The notes beneath the pieces are model-generated. The model saw only the letters and a list, made by a program, of their open reading frames with translations. It made no database searches and was not told the DNA's origin. A stretch of 64,000 nt of DNA from Octopus vulgaris (Eukaryota), in assembly GCA_951406725.2 (NCBI GenBank), contig OX597837.1, positions 23,932,001 through 23,996,000 on the forward strand, in the 5' to 3' direction. The position numbers were made by a program, and so were the translations under genes. Of this stretch, positions 63,536 through 64,000 are shown piece after piece (within the stretch, counting starts at the first letter, position 1; each line of letters opens with the position of its first letter).

Positions 63536-63684
63536 TTTAGGTATGGTCATCAGCGTAGATGTGCTCCTAGGGCAATGAGCTAGGTAGTCACTAATGACAC
63601 TATATGTAGATAAATGGCACATGAGCTCTGTACAAACTTTGCCCAAAGGTCCAATAAGTAAAGTGAATCAACAATGATTTCAAC

Positions 63685-64000
63685 GACAAATTTAGTGTGA
63701 AGGTGGGTGTCCATCAAGGCTCAGTTGTCAACCCTCTCCTATTCATTATAGCTCTGCTGGCTATCACTGAGTTTAAAACTGGTTGTTGATGAGAACTCAT
63801 GTGCTGATGACCTAGTTTTAGTAGTTGAGTCTTTAATGGAATTAGAGAAGAAATTCTAGGCATGGAAGCAAAACTTTGTATCAAGAAGCCTCAAGACAAA
63901 AGTAGTAAAGAGTTAGCTGTTAGTAAGTAGGATAGAAGATAAGACGTCTGTATCTTCAGGGAAATGCTTATTATGCAGAAAAGAAGCATATAAGAACTAC
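63685..64000 (+). mobile_element. Degenerate RTE reverse-transcriptase fragment
   Basis: FSVKVGVHQGSVVNPLLFII...DDLVL...WKQ with stops and frameshifts. Confidence 0.7.

Overview
AT-rich eukaryotic non-coding DNA packed with repeats. The SINE/LINE repertoire and very long (TA)n/(TG)n/(ATT)n tracts suggest a coleoid cephalopod such as Octopus (inference, no database check). Almost all ORFs in the supplied track are microsatellite or SINE read-through artefacts. The window holds about 25 copies of a bipartite tRNA-type SINE (family A), about 20 of a second SINE (family B, two alternative tails) and about 18 3' ends of an RTE-clade LINE whose 3'UTR carries a variable array of ~60-bp hairpin units (family C). 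It also holds CR1, RTE and R4/Dong-like LINE ORF fragments, three non-autonomous Helitrons, several MITEs/foldbacks, minisatellites, and five Penelope-type fragments with minimal hammerhead ribozyme motifs. The only credible host-gene signal is a 51-bp symmetric + strand exon (62274-62324), possibly preceded by 5' exons at 57.4-59.2 kb. The most notable oddities are the hammerhead motifs (including a shared CUGUNGA core variant), ~100 bp of local DNA captured between inverted Penelope-type tails, an RTE/R4 chimera, and an unexplained 373-bp plus 5x155-bp repeat cassette fused to an RTE tail. Repeat boundaries are by-eye estimates.
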